Shown: in pieces, positions 1-9,435 of the stretch
Numbering within the stretch: the stretch's first letter is position 1
Layout: every line of letters starts with the position of its first letter
Assembly (NCBI GenBank): GCA_039679545.1
Contig: JBDKUT010000119.1
Coordinates: 1 to 41,907 of the forward strand
Source: Thermotogota bacterium
Lineage (GTDB): Bacteria > Bipolaricaulota > Bipolaricaulia > UBA7950 > UBA9294
Direction of reading: 5' to 3'
DNA: 41,907 bases
The notes under the pieces: model-generated
Seen by the model: the letters and a program-made list of their open reading frames with translations, nothing else
Database searches by the model: none
What the model was told of the DNA's origin: nothing
Made by a program: the position numbers and the translations under genes

Positions 1-601
1 GGCCGACGCGTACGAGGCGATCGTCATGGTCGACGATGCGCACGGGGAAGGCGTCCTGGGAAGCCACGGGCGCGGTATCGTTGATCACTTCAACCTCCAC
101 GGGCGGGTCGACGTCGAGTGTGGGACGATGTCGAAGGCGTTCGGCGTCGTGGGGGGATATGTGGCGGGAAGCGCGAAGGTCATCGAGTACCTCCGCCAGC
201 GGGCGCGGCCGTTCCTCTTCTCGTCCGCGGCGACGCCGCCGGACGTGGCCGCGTGCATCGAGGCGATCGACATCCTTGAGAAGAGCGACGAGCCGGTTCG
301 CCGCCTGTGGGAGAACGCCCAGTTCTTCAAGACCTCCCTCAAGAAGCTGGGGTTCGACACAGGGAAGAGCGAGACGCCCATCGTGCCGGTGATGCTCGGT
401 GAAGCGGCCACGGCGTGGTCGTTCTCGAAGGCGCTGTTCGCTCGAGGCGTGTTCGCGACGGCGATCTCCTTCCCGACGGTTCCTCAGGGAAAGGCGCGGA
501 TCCGTGTCATGATGTCCGCCGGTCACAGTCGAAAGGACCTGGAGTTCGCGGTCGACGCGTTTGCCCAGGTCGGACGGGAGTTGGGGGCGATTCGGGCGTG
601 A
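1..601 (+). CDS. kbl: Glycine C-acetyltransferase (2-amino-3-ketobutyrate CoA ligase), PLP alpha-oxoamine synthase family; 5'-truncated by window
   Basis: Motifs [19 protein letters not shown] (PLP lysine), [10 protein letters not shown] and [13 protein letters not shown]. BioF cannot be fully excluded. Confidence 0.85.
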   Translation, partial: ADAYEAIVMVDDAHGEGVLGSHGRGIVDHFNLHGRVDVECGTMSKAFGVVGGYVAGSAKVIEYLRQRARPFLFSSAATPPDVAACIEAIDILEKSDEPVRRLWENAQFFKTSLKKLGFDTGKSETPIVPVMLGEAATAWSFSKALFARGVFATAISFPTVPQGKARIRVMMSAGHSRKDLEFAVDAFAQVGRELGAIRA

Positions 602-978
602 AAAGACAGTCGATTCGCACGGACAAGGCGCCCGGCGCCGTCGGGCCGTACTCGCAGGGGATCCGAACCGGCCAGTTCCTATTCACGTCGGGCCAGATTC
701 CGCTGACGCCGGCTGGAGAGATGGTTCGAGGCGACATCCAAAGCGCGGCACGGCAAGCGCTCTCGAACGTAGAGAACATCCTCGCCGCCGGAGGCGCGTC
801 GATGGCCGACGTTGTCAAGGTCACGGTGTTCCTCACGAACATGAGCGACTTCGCGGCCGTGAACCAGGTCTACGCGGAGCAGTTCAAGGAGCCGTTTCCC
901 GCTCGGTCCGCTATCCAGGTCGTCCGGCTCCCGCTCGACGCTCCGCTTGAGATCGAGGCGGTCGCCCTCGTCCCATGA
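598..978 (+). CDS. ridA: RidA/YjgF/YER057c family enamine/imine deaminase
   Basis: [32 protein letters not shown] and EIEAVA motifs; GTG start at 598 overlaps the kbl stop (GTGA). Confidence 0.92.
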   Translation: MKRQSIRTDKAPGAVGPYSQGIRTGQFLFTSGQIPLTPAGEMVRGDIQSAARQALSNVENILAAGGASMADVVKVTVFLTNMSDFAAVNQVYAEQFKEPFPARSAIQVVRLPLDAPLEIEAVALVP

Positions 979-2048
979 CGCGCGCAACAACGGCGCCGCG
1001 CGACGCGCTTGCTCGAGCCTTTTTCGACGCGCACTGCGACGCCGTGATGAAGTCGATCGACGAGGGTGCCGACTTCCAGTCGGAGGCTAGTCCGGCGCAC
1101 GTCTCGCTTCCGAGGCTCATCTCGGCCGACGTGCGCGTGCAGGCGTTCGCCTGCTGTGTGGTCTACCCGGATTGGCCGAGCGACGTGTACGTCGAGCGCG
1201 GTTGGGCCATGGTCGAGGCGGTCGCGGCGATGGCAGCGAGGTCTGGCGGCCGGATGATCGTTGCACGGACGGCTGCCGACCTCAGACGGTCGATTGACGG
1301 GGGGCCGATCTCCGCCATCGTGGGGCTCGAGGGCGCTGACCCGCTCGAGGAGCGGGCGGAAAACCTGCGGAGGTTCGTCGACCGCGGGGTTCGGCAGGTT
1401 ATCTTCGCGTGGAAGGACAACGCATTCAGCGGCACGGCGTTCGGCTCGAACGCGCCCCTCTCTCGTGAGGGCGAGCGACTTCTTGGGGTGTGTGAAGAAC
1501 TGCGGGTCATGATCGACGTCTCCCACCTCTCCGATCGTGCCTTCGACGACGTCTGGGAGAGGAGCCGTCGCCCGTTCGTTGCAAGCCACTCGAACTGCCG
1601 CGCTGTGTGCCCGCACCCACGGAATCTGACAGACTCGATGATCCGGAAGCTCGCTGACCGTGGCGGCGTGATGGGAATCAACCTCGCACCGCACTTCCTT
1701 GACGCCGGATACTCGGCGGCGTGGGCCTCCGTTCGGGGCGGGGTAACACCACGGCCGCTGTCGCCCGCCGAGAAAGCTGAGTACGCTGCCAAGAGGGCGG
1801 CGATTCCTGCCCCGGGTCTCGATTCGGTGGTGGCTCACGTCCTGCACGCGATGCGCGTCGGCGGAGAGGACGTCGTGGGACTGGGAGGAGATCTCGACGG
1901 GATCGAGCGGCTGCCCGTCGGCATCGAGACGGTCGCCGACTACCCGAAGCTCGTGCCGCTCTTCCGAGCTGCGGGGCTCTCCGACCGGCAGATCGACAAG
2001 ATCTGCCATGGCAACTTCTTGCGCGTCTTCACCGAGGTGCTCCCCTAG
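975..2048 (+). CDS. Membrane dipeptidase (peptidase M19)
   Basis: DAHCD, GLEGAD, IDVSHLSD, ASHSNCR, HPRNLTD and GLGGDLDG motifs; ATGA coupling to ridA. Confidence 0.9.
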   Translation: MTRATTAPRDALARAFFDAHCDAVMKSIDEGADFQSEASPAHVSLPRLISADVRVQAFACCVVYPDWPSDVYVERGWAMVEAVAAMAARSGGRMIVARTAADLRRSIDGGPISAIVGLEGADPLEERAENLRRFVDRGVRQVIFAWKDNAFSGTAFGSNAPLSREGERLLGVCEELRVMIDVSHLSDRAFDDVWERSRRPFVASHSNCRAVCPHPRNLTDSMIRKLADRGGVMGINLAPHFLDAGYSAAWASVRGGVTPRPLSPAEKAEYAAKRAAIPAPGLDSVVAHVLHAMRVGGEDVVGLGGDLDGIERLPVGIETVADYPKLVPLFRAAGLSDRQIDKICHGNFLRVFTEVLP

Positions 2049-3370
2049 CGCGCCGTTCGCCGGCGCTCCCAGAGGGCGAAGACAAGGTCGAGTGCTCGTC
2101 CGTAACGGGGGCCGAGGATGCGTGGATCCGTGGACTCAGGCTCGTTTCCCATGGTGACGTAGGGGATTCGGTGGCCGCGGACTTCGAGGAGTCCGGACTC
2201 GCCGGGGGCGAAGCGTGCCCAGTCGTCGGTGCCGTACGTGCGCTCCATCTCCTCACGGGGGACGGAGTGGGTCAGGATGCCGCTTCGTCGTTTCTCGTCG
2301 TAGCGGGCGAGGTTCCGCCGCCACGACTCCTCGAAGGACACCGAGACGTAGAGCACGGCGGCCCTGGGCAGGAGGTCATCCGACAGGGCGGCGAACGCAT
2401 CTGCGTAGCCCCGTACGCCACCGCGCGAGAACTCGATCAGAAGGGTTCCGGGCGAGCCACCGCGGCGCGCGAGCCTTTCCCGGGCAGCCGCGTTGATTCG
2501 ATCGATCAGGAACTCCCAGATGGCGTCGTCGGCGACGGCGTAGTTCCCGTTTGCTCGCCTAGAGTGGAGCCGCGGGCGCCCGAGCCGCTCCCACGCGTCG
2601 TCCTCCTCGAACTTCTGCCACAGGATGGGGAAGTCGTCGATGACGTCGAGGGGGCCAAGGTGGTGACGCCTGGCCCGCTCGTCGGCCGGGAGCCGGGACA
2701 TGAAGTCGATGAACTCACTCTTTCCACTCGCCGGGCGACCCAGGAGAAGGAGAACGTCGAAGGTCGGTGTGCCGGAGGCGGAGTCCGACACGTAGCAGAG
2801 ACCAAGGGTGCGCTCTACGGCTTCGACGACGACGGTCGCCGGGCGGTCCGCGTCGATTGTCACAAGTCGCGTACGGCGTGCGTCGTGCCAAGCGGTGAGG
2901 TCGTGCAGGAATTGCTGGAGCACCGACGCGTCGATCGCGTACTGGGGCGTACCGCGCGCCGTCTGGCGTGCGATGGACTCTGCGATGGGGAGATCCAGGC
3001 GGAGGTAGAGGTCTGGTCGGGGAAGGCGCGCCTCGAGTTCGTCATAGACACGAAGAAACGAGGAGTCACCGAGCGCCCGGGAGTATGCGAGATGTACGCC
3101 CAGATGGGACTCCTCGAGGCACGAGTAGCCGGCGGCCAAGATCTCGCGAATGCGGCGCGCGCGCTCGGGGATCGCGCGGCGAAGCGCATCGGTCAGCCGA
3201 TTGCGCTCGCGGAAGAGGTCAATTCCCTCCGCCTCGACGACCTCCTTCACGAGCTCGGGGAGGACCCGCACCAGTTGGGGGTAGAAGCGCGCTAAGAGAG
3301 CGAGGGTCTCGGTTTTGCCGACGGCCGGAAGCCCCTCAACGACAACGTGTCGAACGCCCCTCTCGCTCAC
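2045..3370 (-). CDS. Tandem P-loop protein: N-terminal deoxynucleoside/thymidylate-kinase-like domain plus C-terminal uncharacterised P-loop domain
   Basis: Walker A motifs EGLPAVGKT and LGRPASGKS, each after a hydrophobic strand; PDLYLRLD. Start set at GTG 3370 because the longer ORF would run antisense over topA. Confidence 0.75.
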   Translation of the reverse strand: MSERGVRHVVVEGLPAVGKTETLALLARFYPQLVRVLPELVKEVVEAEGIDLFRERNRLTDALRRAIPERARRIREILAAGYSCLEESHLGVHLAYSRALGDSSFLRVYDELEARLPRPDLYLRLDLPIAESIARQTARGTPQYAIDASVLQQFLHDLTAWHDARRTRLVTIDADRPATVVVEAVERTLGLCYVSDSASGTPTFDVLLLLGRPASGKSEFIDFMSRLPADERARRHHLGPLDVIDDFPILWQKFEEDDAWERLGRPRLHSRRANGNYAVADDAIWEFLIDRINAAARERLARRGGSPGTLLIEFSRGGVRGYADAFAALSDDLLPRAAVLYVSVSFEESWRRNLARYDEKRRSGILTHSVPREEMERTYGTDDWARFAPGESGLLEVRGHRIPYVTMGNEPESTDPRILGPRYGRALDLVFALWERRRTAR

Positions 3371-3376
3371 GATCAC

Positions 3377-3405
3377 ATCATACAACGTGCCAGAGAGGGT
3401 GGCAG
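3377..3405 (-). promoter_or_regulatory. Putative sigma70 promoter of the P-loop gene, probably leaderless
   Basis: CTGCCA-N17-TATGAT on the minus strand; GTG start follows the -10 after 6 nt, with no SD. Confidence 0.5.
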
Positions 3406-3423
3406 GCACGGGTCGCGTGGCCC

Positions 3424-3451
3424 TCGACACGGCAGGGGCGGCCGGTATAAT
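3424..3451 (+). promoter_or_regulatory. Putative sigma70 promoter of topA
   Basis: TCGACA-N16-TATAAT, followed by SD AAAGGAG at 3463-3469. Confidence 0.65.
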
Positions 3452-3478
3452 GGGCCAACTCGAAAGGAGCCTGGGGAA

Positions 3479-5758
3479 TTGAAGAAGTTGATTATTGTCG
3501 AATCGCCGACCAAAGCACGCACGATCGGCCAGTACCTTGGGAAGGAGTACCGCGTGCTGTCGTCGCAGGGTCACGTGCGAGACCTCCCGCAGAACGATCT
3601 CGGCGTCGACATCGAGAAAGGATTCGAGCCGAAGTTCGAGACGAAGCGAACGAAGCTCTTGACGGAGCTGCGCAAGGCGGCCGAAGGCGTGGACAAGGTG
3701 TACCTCGCGACCGACCACGACCGGGAGGGAGAGGCGATCGCCTACGACCTGTTCACGATCCTGAATCGGGTCGTGAAGGATGAGAAGGCGTTCTCCCGGC
3801 CGATCTTCAACGAGATCACGAAGCCCGTGATCCAGGCGGCTCTCGCCAAGCCGGAGGCGATCGACCTCGACAAGGTCGAGGCGCAGCGCACCCGGCGCAT
3901 TCTCGATCGACTCATGGGGTACATGGTGAGCCCGCTGCTTTCCAGGATCCTTGCGGGGAGCCGATTCGCTGGGCTTTCGGCCGGGCGCGTCCAGTCGGTG
4001 GCGTTGCGGTTTCTCTGCGACCGCGAGGCCGAAATTGCCGAGTTTGTGCCGGAGGAGTACTGGGAGATCGACGCGGAGCTCGGCAACGGCGAGGCATTTA
4101 CTGCGTCGGTGACGCACCGCGGCGGCGAGAAGCTGTCGGTCAGTTCGCAAGCGGAGGCGGACAAAGTCGAAGCGGCGCTCAAAAAGGCGAGGGCCGTTGT
4201 GGCCTCCGTCGAAGAGAAGGACCGACTCCGCAACCCCGCGGCGCCGTTCATCACGAGCTCGTTACAACAGGCAGCGTCTTCGTCCCTCGGGTTCTCGCCG
4301 AAGCGGACGATGAGCGTGGCCCAGGAACTGTACGAGGGGATCAGCCTGCCTGAGGGAAACCAGGGGCTGATCACATACATGCGAACCGACTCCGTTCGCC
4401 TCTCCGACGAAGCGGTCGCGGCGGCGCGCGAGGAGATCGAGAAGACGTTCGGCCCGAAGTACCTAGCGCCCAAAGTGCGCACGTTCGAGAACAAGCGACG
4501 GTCTCAGGACGCCCACGAGGCGATCCGCCCGACCGATGTGGGGCGCTCCCCCGAGGCGATCGCCTCGCACCTCACGGCGGATCAGCTGAAGTTGTACCGC
4601 TTGATCTACGGGAGATTCCTGGCGACGCAGATGACTCCGTCGGTGTTTCGCCAGCGCACGGTGACCGTCACCGCGGGGGAGTTCACCCTGCAGGCGACGG
4701 GGAGCCGGCTCGAGTTCGATGGGTTTCTGCGCGTTCTTCCCGACCGGCGCGACAAGGAGACTCCGTACCCACCGGCCCTGCGGAAGGGAAAGGCCCTCGC
4801 TCTCCTCTCCGTGGCGAAGCGGCAGAAGTACACGGAGCCGCCGCGACGGTACAGCGAGGCCGGGCTCGTCAACCTCCTGGAGAAAGAAGGGATTGGCCGG
4901 CCGAGCACGTACGCGTCCATCGTCTCCGTGATCCAGGAACGCGGGTACGCGGTCAAGGACGGCGGCAGCTTGCGGCCGACCCTGCTCGGACAGATGGTCG
5001 TCGACTTCCTCAATCGCGTCTTTGCCGAGACCGTCGAGCCCCATTTCACCGCTCACTTGGAAGAGGACCTCGACCGAATCGAGGAAGGGCAGATGTCGCG
5101 GGTTGACGCCCTGAACGAGTTCTACGGCCCCTTCTCGACCCGTCTCGTGGCCCTCGAAAAGCAGCTCGAGAACGGCGAGGAGCGGCCGTTCCAGGTTCCG
5201 TCCGACGTCGTTTGCGACGTCTGCGGAGCACCGATGGAGCTTCGCTACTGGAAGGGGACGCACTTCCTCGGGTGCTCGCGGTATCCCGAGTGCAAGAACA
5301 CCGTCAACGTTCCCCCGAACCTGGGGGTCGTCTACACCTCCAGCGTCGTGAAGGCCAAAGAAGCGCTTGAGAAGGCGGCGGCGACCGCGATCGAAACCAT
5401 CGAGTGTCCGAAGTGCGGTGGCGACATGGAACTCCGCACCGGCCGATACGGGCGGTACTACCGGTGCGCGAACGCCGAATGCGGGGAAACGGCGCCGGTC
5501 TCGACGGGGGTGGCGTGCCCGATGTGCGAGGAAGGGACGCTCATCGAGAAGTACTCCACGAAACGTAGGAGGACCTTCTACAGCTGCAATCGCTACCCGA
5601 AATGCCGTTTTGCCGTGAGCGACCGGCCGGTCAAGACGTGTCCGTCGTGTGGGACCGGCCTCGTCATCGAGAAACAGGGCGAGCTTCGGTGTACGACCAA
5701 GGAGTGCGACTACCGAGAAGATCTCGGAGGCGGCGAGTCGACATCGCAAGAGAAGTAG
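3479..5758 (+). CDS. topA: DNA topoisomerase I (type IA) with C-terminal zinc ribbons
   Basis: LIIVESPTKA (TOPRIM), GHVRDL, ATDHDREGEAI, SAGRVQS, ITYMRTDS (catalytic Tyr), QDAHEAIRPT, GIGRPSTY and repeated C4 ribbons; TTG start after the SD. Confidence 0.97.
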   Translation: MKKLIIVESPTKARTIGQYLGKEYRVLSSQGHVRDLPQNDLGVDIEKGFEPKFETKRTKLLTELRKAAEGVDKVYLATDHDREGEAIAYDLFTILNRVVKDEKAFSRPIFNEITKPVIQAALAKPEAIDLDKVEAQRTRRILDRLMGYMVSPLLSRILAGSRFAGLSAGRVQSVALRFLCDREAEIAEFVPEEYWEIDAELGNGEAFTASVTHRGGEKLSVSSQAEADKVEAALKKARAVVASVEEKDRLRNPAAPFITSSLQQAASSSLGFSPKRTMSVAQELYEGISLPEGNQGLITYMRTDSVRLSDEAVAAAREEIEKTFGPKYLAPKVRTFENKRRSQDAHEAIRPTDVGRSPEAIASHLTADQLKLYRLIYGRFLATQMTPSVFRQRTVTVTAGEFTLQATGSRLEFDGFLRVLPDRRDKETPYPPALRKGKALALLSVAKRQKYTEPPRRYSEAGLVNLLEKEGIGRPSTYASIVSVIQERGYAVKDGGSLRPTLLGQMVVDFLNRVFAETVEPHFTAHLEEDLDRIEEGQMSRVDALNEFYGPFSTRLVALEKQLENGEERPFQVPSDVVCDVCGAPMELRYWKGTHFLGCSRYPECKNTVNVPPNLGVVYTSSVVKAKEALEKAAATAIETIECPKCGGDMELRTGRYGRYYRCANAECGETAPVSTGVACPMCEEGTLIEKYSTKRRRTFYSCNRYPKCRFAVSDRPVKTCPSCGTGLVIEKQGELRCTTKECDYREDLGGGESTSQEK

Positions 5759-5789
5759 GCCCTCTGCCGCCCGCTACGCCGCCGGGCAG

Positions 5790-6734
5790 TTACGCAGCCT
5801 CGGACAGAAGCTTGAACCACTCGAGGCGCTGCTTGAGATCCGAGTCCTGAAGCTTGGCCAGGGCTTCCTTCTGGATTTGGCGAACGCGCTCGCGACTGAT
5901 TCCGAACTCGATCCCCACCTCATCAAGCGTCTTCGGCTGGTAGTCGTTGAGCCCGTAGCGGAGTTCGAGGATCCGCTTCTCGCGATCCGTGAGCCGCTCG
6001 TCGAGCGCCCGCTCGAGTTCCTCGACCAAGAGGTGCTCGAAGGTCTCGCGCTCGGGAGACTCGACGGTCGCGTCCTCGATGAAGTCGCCGAGTACGGAGC
6101 CGTCGTCGTCGTACCCGATCGGGGTGTCGAGCGACGTCATACTCTGTGCTGTCTTCTTCGCCTTGACAATGTTGTCCACCGTGGTCTCGAGGGCATGCGC
6201 GAGGTTCTCCGGAGTCGGCAGCTCGCCGTTCTCCTTGAGGAAGTTCCGCTCCACTTGGTAGATCTTGCGGATCAGTTCGTTGATGTGGGTTGGCACGCGG
6301 ATCGTCCGCGATCGGTTCGTGATGGCGCGCAAAATCGCTTGCCGGATCCACCACGTAGCGTAGGTGGAGAACTTGTACCCCTTTGTATAGTCGAACTTCT
6401 CAATCGCCTTCATGAGGCCGAGGTTCCCCTCCTGAATCAGGTCGAGGAACGGAAGTCCGCAGCCACGGTACTTCTTGGCAATCGATACGACGAGGCGGAG
6501 GTTGGCCTCGGCGAGCTCTTCACGGGCACGCTGGTCTCCGGCCTCGATGCGCTTCGCGAGCCGCACTTCGTCTTCGCGCGTCAGCAGCGGAACGCGGCTG
6601 ATCTCTCCGAAGTAGGTGCGAATCGGGTTGTCGGCGTGAGCGGGACGATCATCCATCAAGTCAAGGTCGTAGTCGTCATTCGCCTTCGTGCTCAAATTCT
6701 TGCTCAAACTGATCGTCGCCCTTGGCTCTTTCAT
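5790..6734 (-). CDS. RNA polymerase sigma factor, RpoD/SigA family (no region 1.1)
   Basis: [53 protein letters not shown] and [26 protein letters not shown] before ATG 6734. Confidence 0.93.
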   Translation of the reverse strand: MKEPRATISLSKNLSTKANDDYDLDLMDDRPAHADNPIRTYFGEISRVPLLTREDEVRLAKRIEAGDQRAREELAEANLRLVVSIAKKYRGCGLPFLDLIQEGNLGLMKAIEKFDYTKGYKFSTYATWWIRQAILRAITNRSRTIRVPTHINELIRKIYQVERNFLKENGELPTPENLAHALETTVDNIVKAKKTAQSMTSLDTPIGYDDDGSVLGDFIEDATVESPERETFEHLLVEELERALDERLTDREKRILELRYGLNDYQPKTLDEVGIEFGISRERVRQIQKEALAKLQDSDLKQRLEWFKLLSEAA

Positions 6735-6876
6735 GGCTCCTCCTGGCCAGCATGCCAAGTGGGGGTGCTATCGAAATGAAACCGGACGGCCCAAACGGCC
6801 TCCGATCAGGCTTCGCGTATGCGCTCCTACCTGCGATGCTTCTTCTTCCCCTCAGTAAGGGTTAATTTCGTGCCCA

Positions 6877-6905
6877 AGTATAGCACAACCGTCTCAGCCC
6901 GTGAA
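6877..6905 (-). promoter_or_regulatory. Putative extended -10 promoter of the sigma factor gene
   Basis: TTCACG-N17-TATACT with TG at -15/-14. Confidence 0.6.
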
Positions 6906-6943
6906 GGGGACTGGTTTTCGCGCTCGTGGTTCGCAACCGCAAC

Positions 6944-7546
6944 CTACTGCCGTGGGAGAAAGGCGAGCAGTGCGGCGACGCCGAGTCCGACGATGAGCCA
7001 GAGGTAGGCCAGGTCGAACTGGGGTGAGGCCGGGCGGGCGCTGCCGAGCCCGACGCAGAACCCGAGCGCAATCTCAGGCGAGAACGTCCAGCCGCTCAGG
7101 TAGAGGGGCTCGAGCGTCCGGAACTGAAGCTGAATCGCGGCGGCCTCAGCGAGCCAGATCTGGTAGCCGGCCCGCAGGTTCCAGAGCGGTCGAATCGACC
7201 ACGCCGAGCCGACTCGGGTCCACTGCGTGGTGAGGCCGCCTCCGCCGAACACGGCCGTCGGCCCTACCCACCCCTTCACGAGAAGGGACGCGCCGACCTC
7301 GAAGATGTCGGGGAAGGTCGCCGGGTACGTGCCGAGGTCAAACATGGTTGTGAGGTGCGGAGACAGCAGGAGCTCGAGGGTGACGAACGAGAGCGACGCG
7401 GCCCAGTCGACGGGAAGTTCGTACGGAACGCCGACGCCGAAGCCAAGGGACGCAAGCGCAGGCGCGAGAGCGCCAGTGGTTTCCCCCGCGCACACGACCA
7501 CGAGGCCGATCAAGAGCACAAGCGAGACGAATCCTCTGTTCATCAT
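6944..7546 (-). CDS. Hypothetical exported protein: signal peptide, beta-rich core, C-terminal transmembrane helix
   Basis: MMNRGFVSLVLLIGLVVVCA signal-like N-terminus; C-terminal LAYLWLIVGLGVAALLAFL; TACGAT -10-like hexamer upstream. Confidence 0.7.
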   Translation of the reverse strand: MMNRGFVSLVLLIGLVVVCAGETTGALAPALASLGFGVGVPYELPVDWAASLSFVTLELLLSPHLTTMFDLGTYPATFPDIFEVGASLLVKGWVGPTAVFGGGGLTTQWTRVGSAWSIRPLWNLRAGYQIWLAEAAAIQLQFRTLEPLYLSGWTFSPEIALGFCVGLGSARPASPQFDLAYLWLIVGLGVAALLAFLPRQ

Positions 7547-7694
7547 TAGTGTTCTTGCCGAATCGTATGCCTTCCTCGCGCGAGGGGAACGGCGAGCGGC
7601 CCGCCTCGCGGGGAGGCGTGTCCGCTCGCGGTCGGACGTGAGGGTTGACGAAGACCTCGTCCGCGGTACGCTCTTCGCCACGCAAGGAGGGTCC

Positions 7695-8123
7695 ATGCGC
7701 ATCCGTGACTTCCGCATCGAGGACTACGACGCCGTGATTGCCCTCTGGACCGAGGCGGGGCTCCCCTTCCGCCCCGGGGGGAGGGACCGACGGGAGTCGA
7801 TTGCCCGGGAGGTTGAAGACAACCGGTCGCTCTTCCTCGTCGCCGAAGAGGAGAAACGGATCGTGGGCGTCGTCTTCGGCACCCACGACGGCCGAAAGGG
7901 TTGGATCAACCGACTTGCCGTCGCGCCCGATTGCCGTCGCCAGGGCATTGCGAGGGCGCTCGTGGAGGAGGTCGAGGCGCGCCTCCACCGGCTCGGGATC
8001 GTCATCGTCGCCTGCCTGATCGAACAGGAGAACGAGATCTCGCAGGTCGCGTTTGCCGAGCTTGGCTACAAGCGCCAGCCCGACATCATTTATCACGCGA
8101 AGCGGTTCATCCCGGACGCGTGA
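7695..8123 (+). CDS. GNAT N-acetyltransferase (YpeA-like)
   Basis: GTHDGRKGWINRLAVAPDCRRQGIA acetyl-CoA motif A; SD AAGGAGG. Confidence 0.9.
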   Translation: MRIRDFRIEDYDAVIALWTEAGLPFRPGGRDRRESIAREVEDNRSLFLVAEEEKRIVGVVFGTHDGRKGWINRLAVAPDCRRQGIARALVEEVEARLHRLGIVIVACLIEQENEISQVAFAELGYKRQPDIIYHAKRFIPDA

Positions 8124-8145
8124 GCCGCCTGCTTGACCGGCGACC

Positions 8146-8526
8146 CTACTCGTGCGGAACTGTGACCGAGCCGCTGACCACCGTCGAGCTGATTCCCGCT
8201 TCGTTTCGAACCAAGAGCTGAACCGCGTACGTGTCCTCCACCGGGTAGCGGACGCGGAGCACGGGAACCGTCACGGTCTTCGTCAGCTCGAGCGGAGTCA
8301 GGATCGTGACGTCGTCCCCGAACACCCACTGGTACGCAGTGATGACCTGTCCGTCAGGGTCTGCCGAGGCGGACGCGTCGAGATCCACGGCAAGCGGGTC
8401 TGTGTCGTCGACGTTGTAACGGACAACGAACGATGCGACGGGGGGCTGATCGAACAGGGCGCACCCGGCCGAGAGCAGAAGACATCCTAGGATTCCAAGC
8501 AAGACGAAGAAGCGGCGCTTGAACAT
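8146..8526 (-). CDS. PKD/Ig-like domain lipoprotein
   Basis: Lipobox LSAGC; PKD-like DASASADPDG...YQWVFGD; SD GGAGG. Confidence 0.8.
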   Translation of the reverse strand: MFKRRFFVLLGILGCLLLSAGCALFDQPPVASFVVRYNVDDTDPLAVDLDASASADPDGQVITAYQWVFGDDVTILTPLELTKTVTVPVLRVRYPVEDTYAVQLLVRNEAGISSTVVSGSVTVPHE

Positions 8527-8592
8527 GACGACCTCCCTTCCTCCTTGGCCAGGATAGCGGGGAGATGCCGAGAAAGGAAGAGGGGTCCCCGT

Positions 8593-9435
8593 TTAGGCGC
8601 GAGAGGTACCCTTGAGGAAGCGCACGACGAGGTCGCCGGTGACGTCGCGTCGATAGCCGACCGTGGCCCGGACGTCGTCGATCGGGGAAACCTCACCCGC
8701 GGCCAGGGTTCGGGCGTGCTGGATCGTCTCTCGGTTGAGAGGACGCCCGACGAGCCACTCCTCGGTGGCCTTGAGCCGGAGCGGAACCGGCGCGACCGAC
8801 CCGGCCGCGAGGCGCACTGCGGTTGCTCTTCCCCCCGGGATGGCGGCGAGGCCCCCAACGCTGGCGATGGCGATGGTCAGAGCGCGCCGACGGCCCACCT
8901 TGTGGAAGAACGGGATCCAGTCCTGCCTTGAGGCGGGGAGGTGGATGGCACGGATGTACTCGCCGTGTTCGAGGACCGTGCGCCCGGGTCCGAGGAAGAA
9001 TTCGCCGATCGGGACGGTGCGCGTGCCGTTTCCTCCGCGGAGCTCGAGGTCCGCCTCGTAGAGCAGAAGGGGGATTGCGCTGTCGGCGGCCGGCGACGCG
9101 TTCGCGAGGTTCCCTCCGAGAGTGCCGCGGTTGCGGATCTGGACGCATCCGAGGACGCGAAGGACGTCGGCAAGGAGCGGAGCCCTCTCGGTGACTGCTT
9201 TCGAGGCGAGGATCTCGGCGAGCGAGGTCGCGGCGCCGATGCGCAAAGCTTTTCCGGTCGCCTCGATTCCTCGGAGTTCGGGGACGGCGGCTGGGTCGAC
9301 GAGGATCTTCGGCCGGGCGAGCCCGGAGCGCATCTTCACGAGGAGGTCCGTTCCTCCGGATAAGAGCCAGGCGCCGTCCTTGCGGAGGGCATCGAGGAGC
9401 TCGTCCTCCGTATCTACTCGAACGTACCGGAGCAC
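8593..9435 (-). CDS. Molybdenum hydroxylase FAD-binding (medium) subunit, CoxM/XdhB family
   Basis: SGGTDL, IRNRGTLGGNLANASPAAD and SPIDDVRAT..YRR; GTG start after SD GAGGAG. Confidence 0.9.
   Translation of the reverse strand: MLRYVRVDTEDELLDALRKDGAWLLSGGTDLLVKMRSGLARPKILVDPAAVPELRGIEATGKALRIGAATSLAEILASKAVTERAPLLADVLRVLGCVQIRNRGTLGGNLANASPAADSAIPLLLYEADLELRGGNGTRTVPIGEFFLGPGRTVLEHGEYIRAIHLPASRQDWIPFFHKVGRRRALTIAIASVGGLAAIPGGRATAVRLAAGSVAPVPLRLKATEEWLVGRPLNRETIQHARTLAAGEVSPIDDVRATVGYRRDVTGDLVVRFLKGTSRA

Noticed and set aside
3371..4150. N-terminal extension making the P-loop ORF 701 aa
   Set aside because: It is antisense to topA and crosses both promoters; recognisable sequence begins near 3370.
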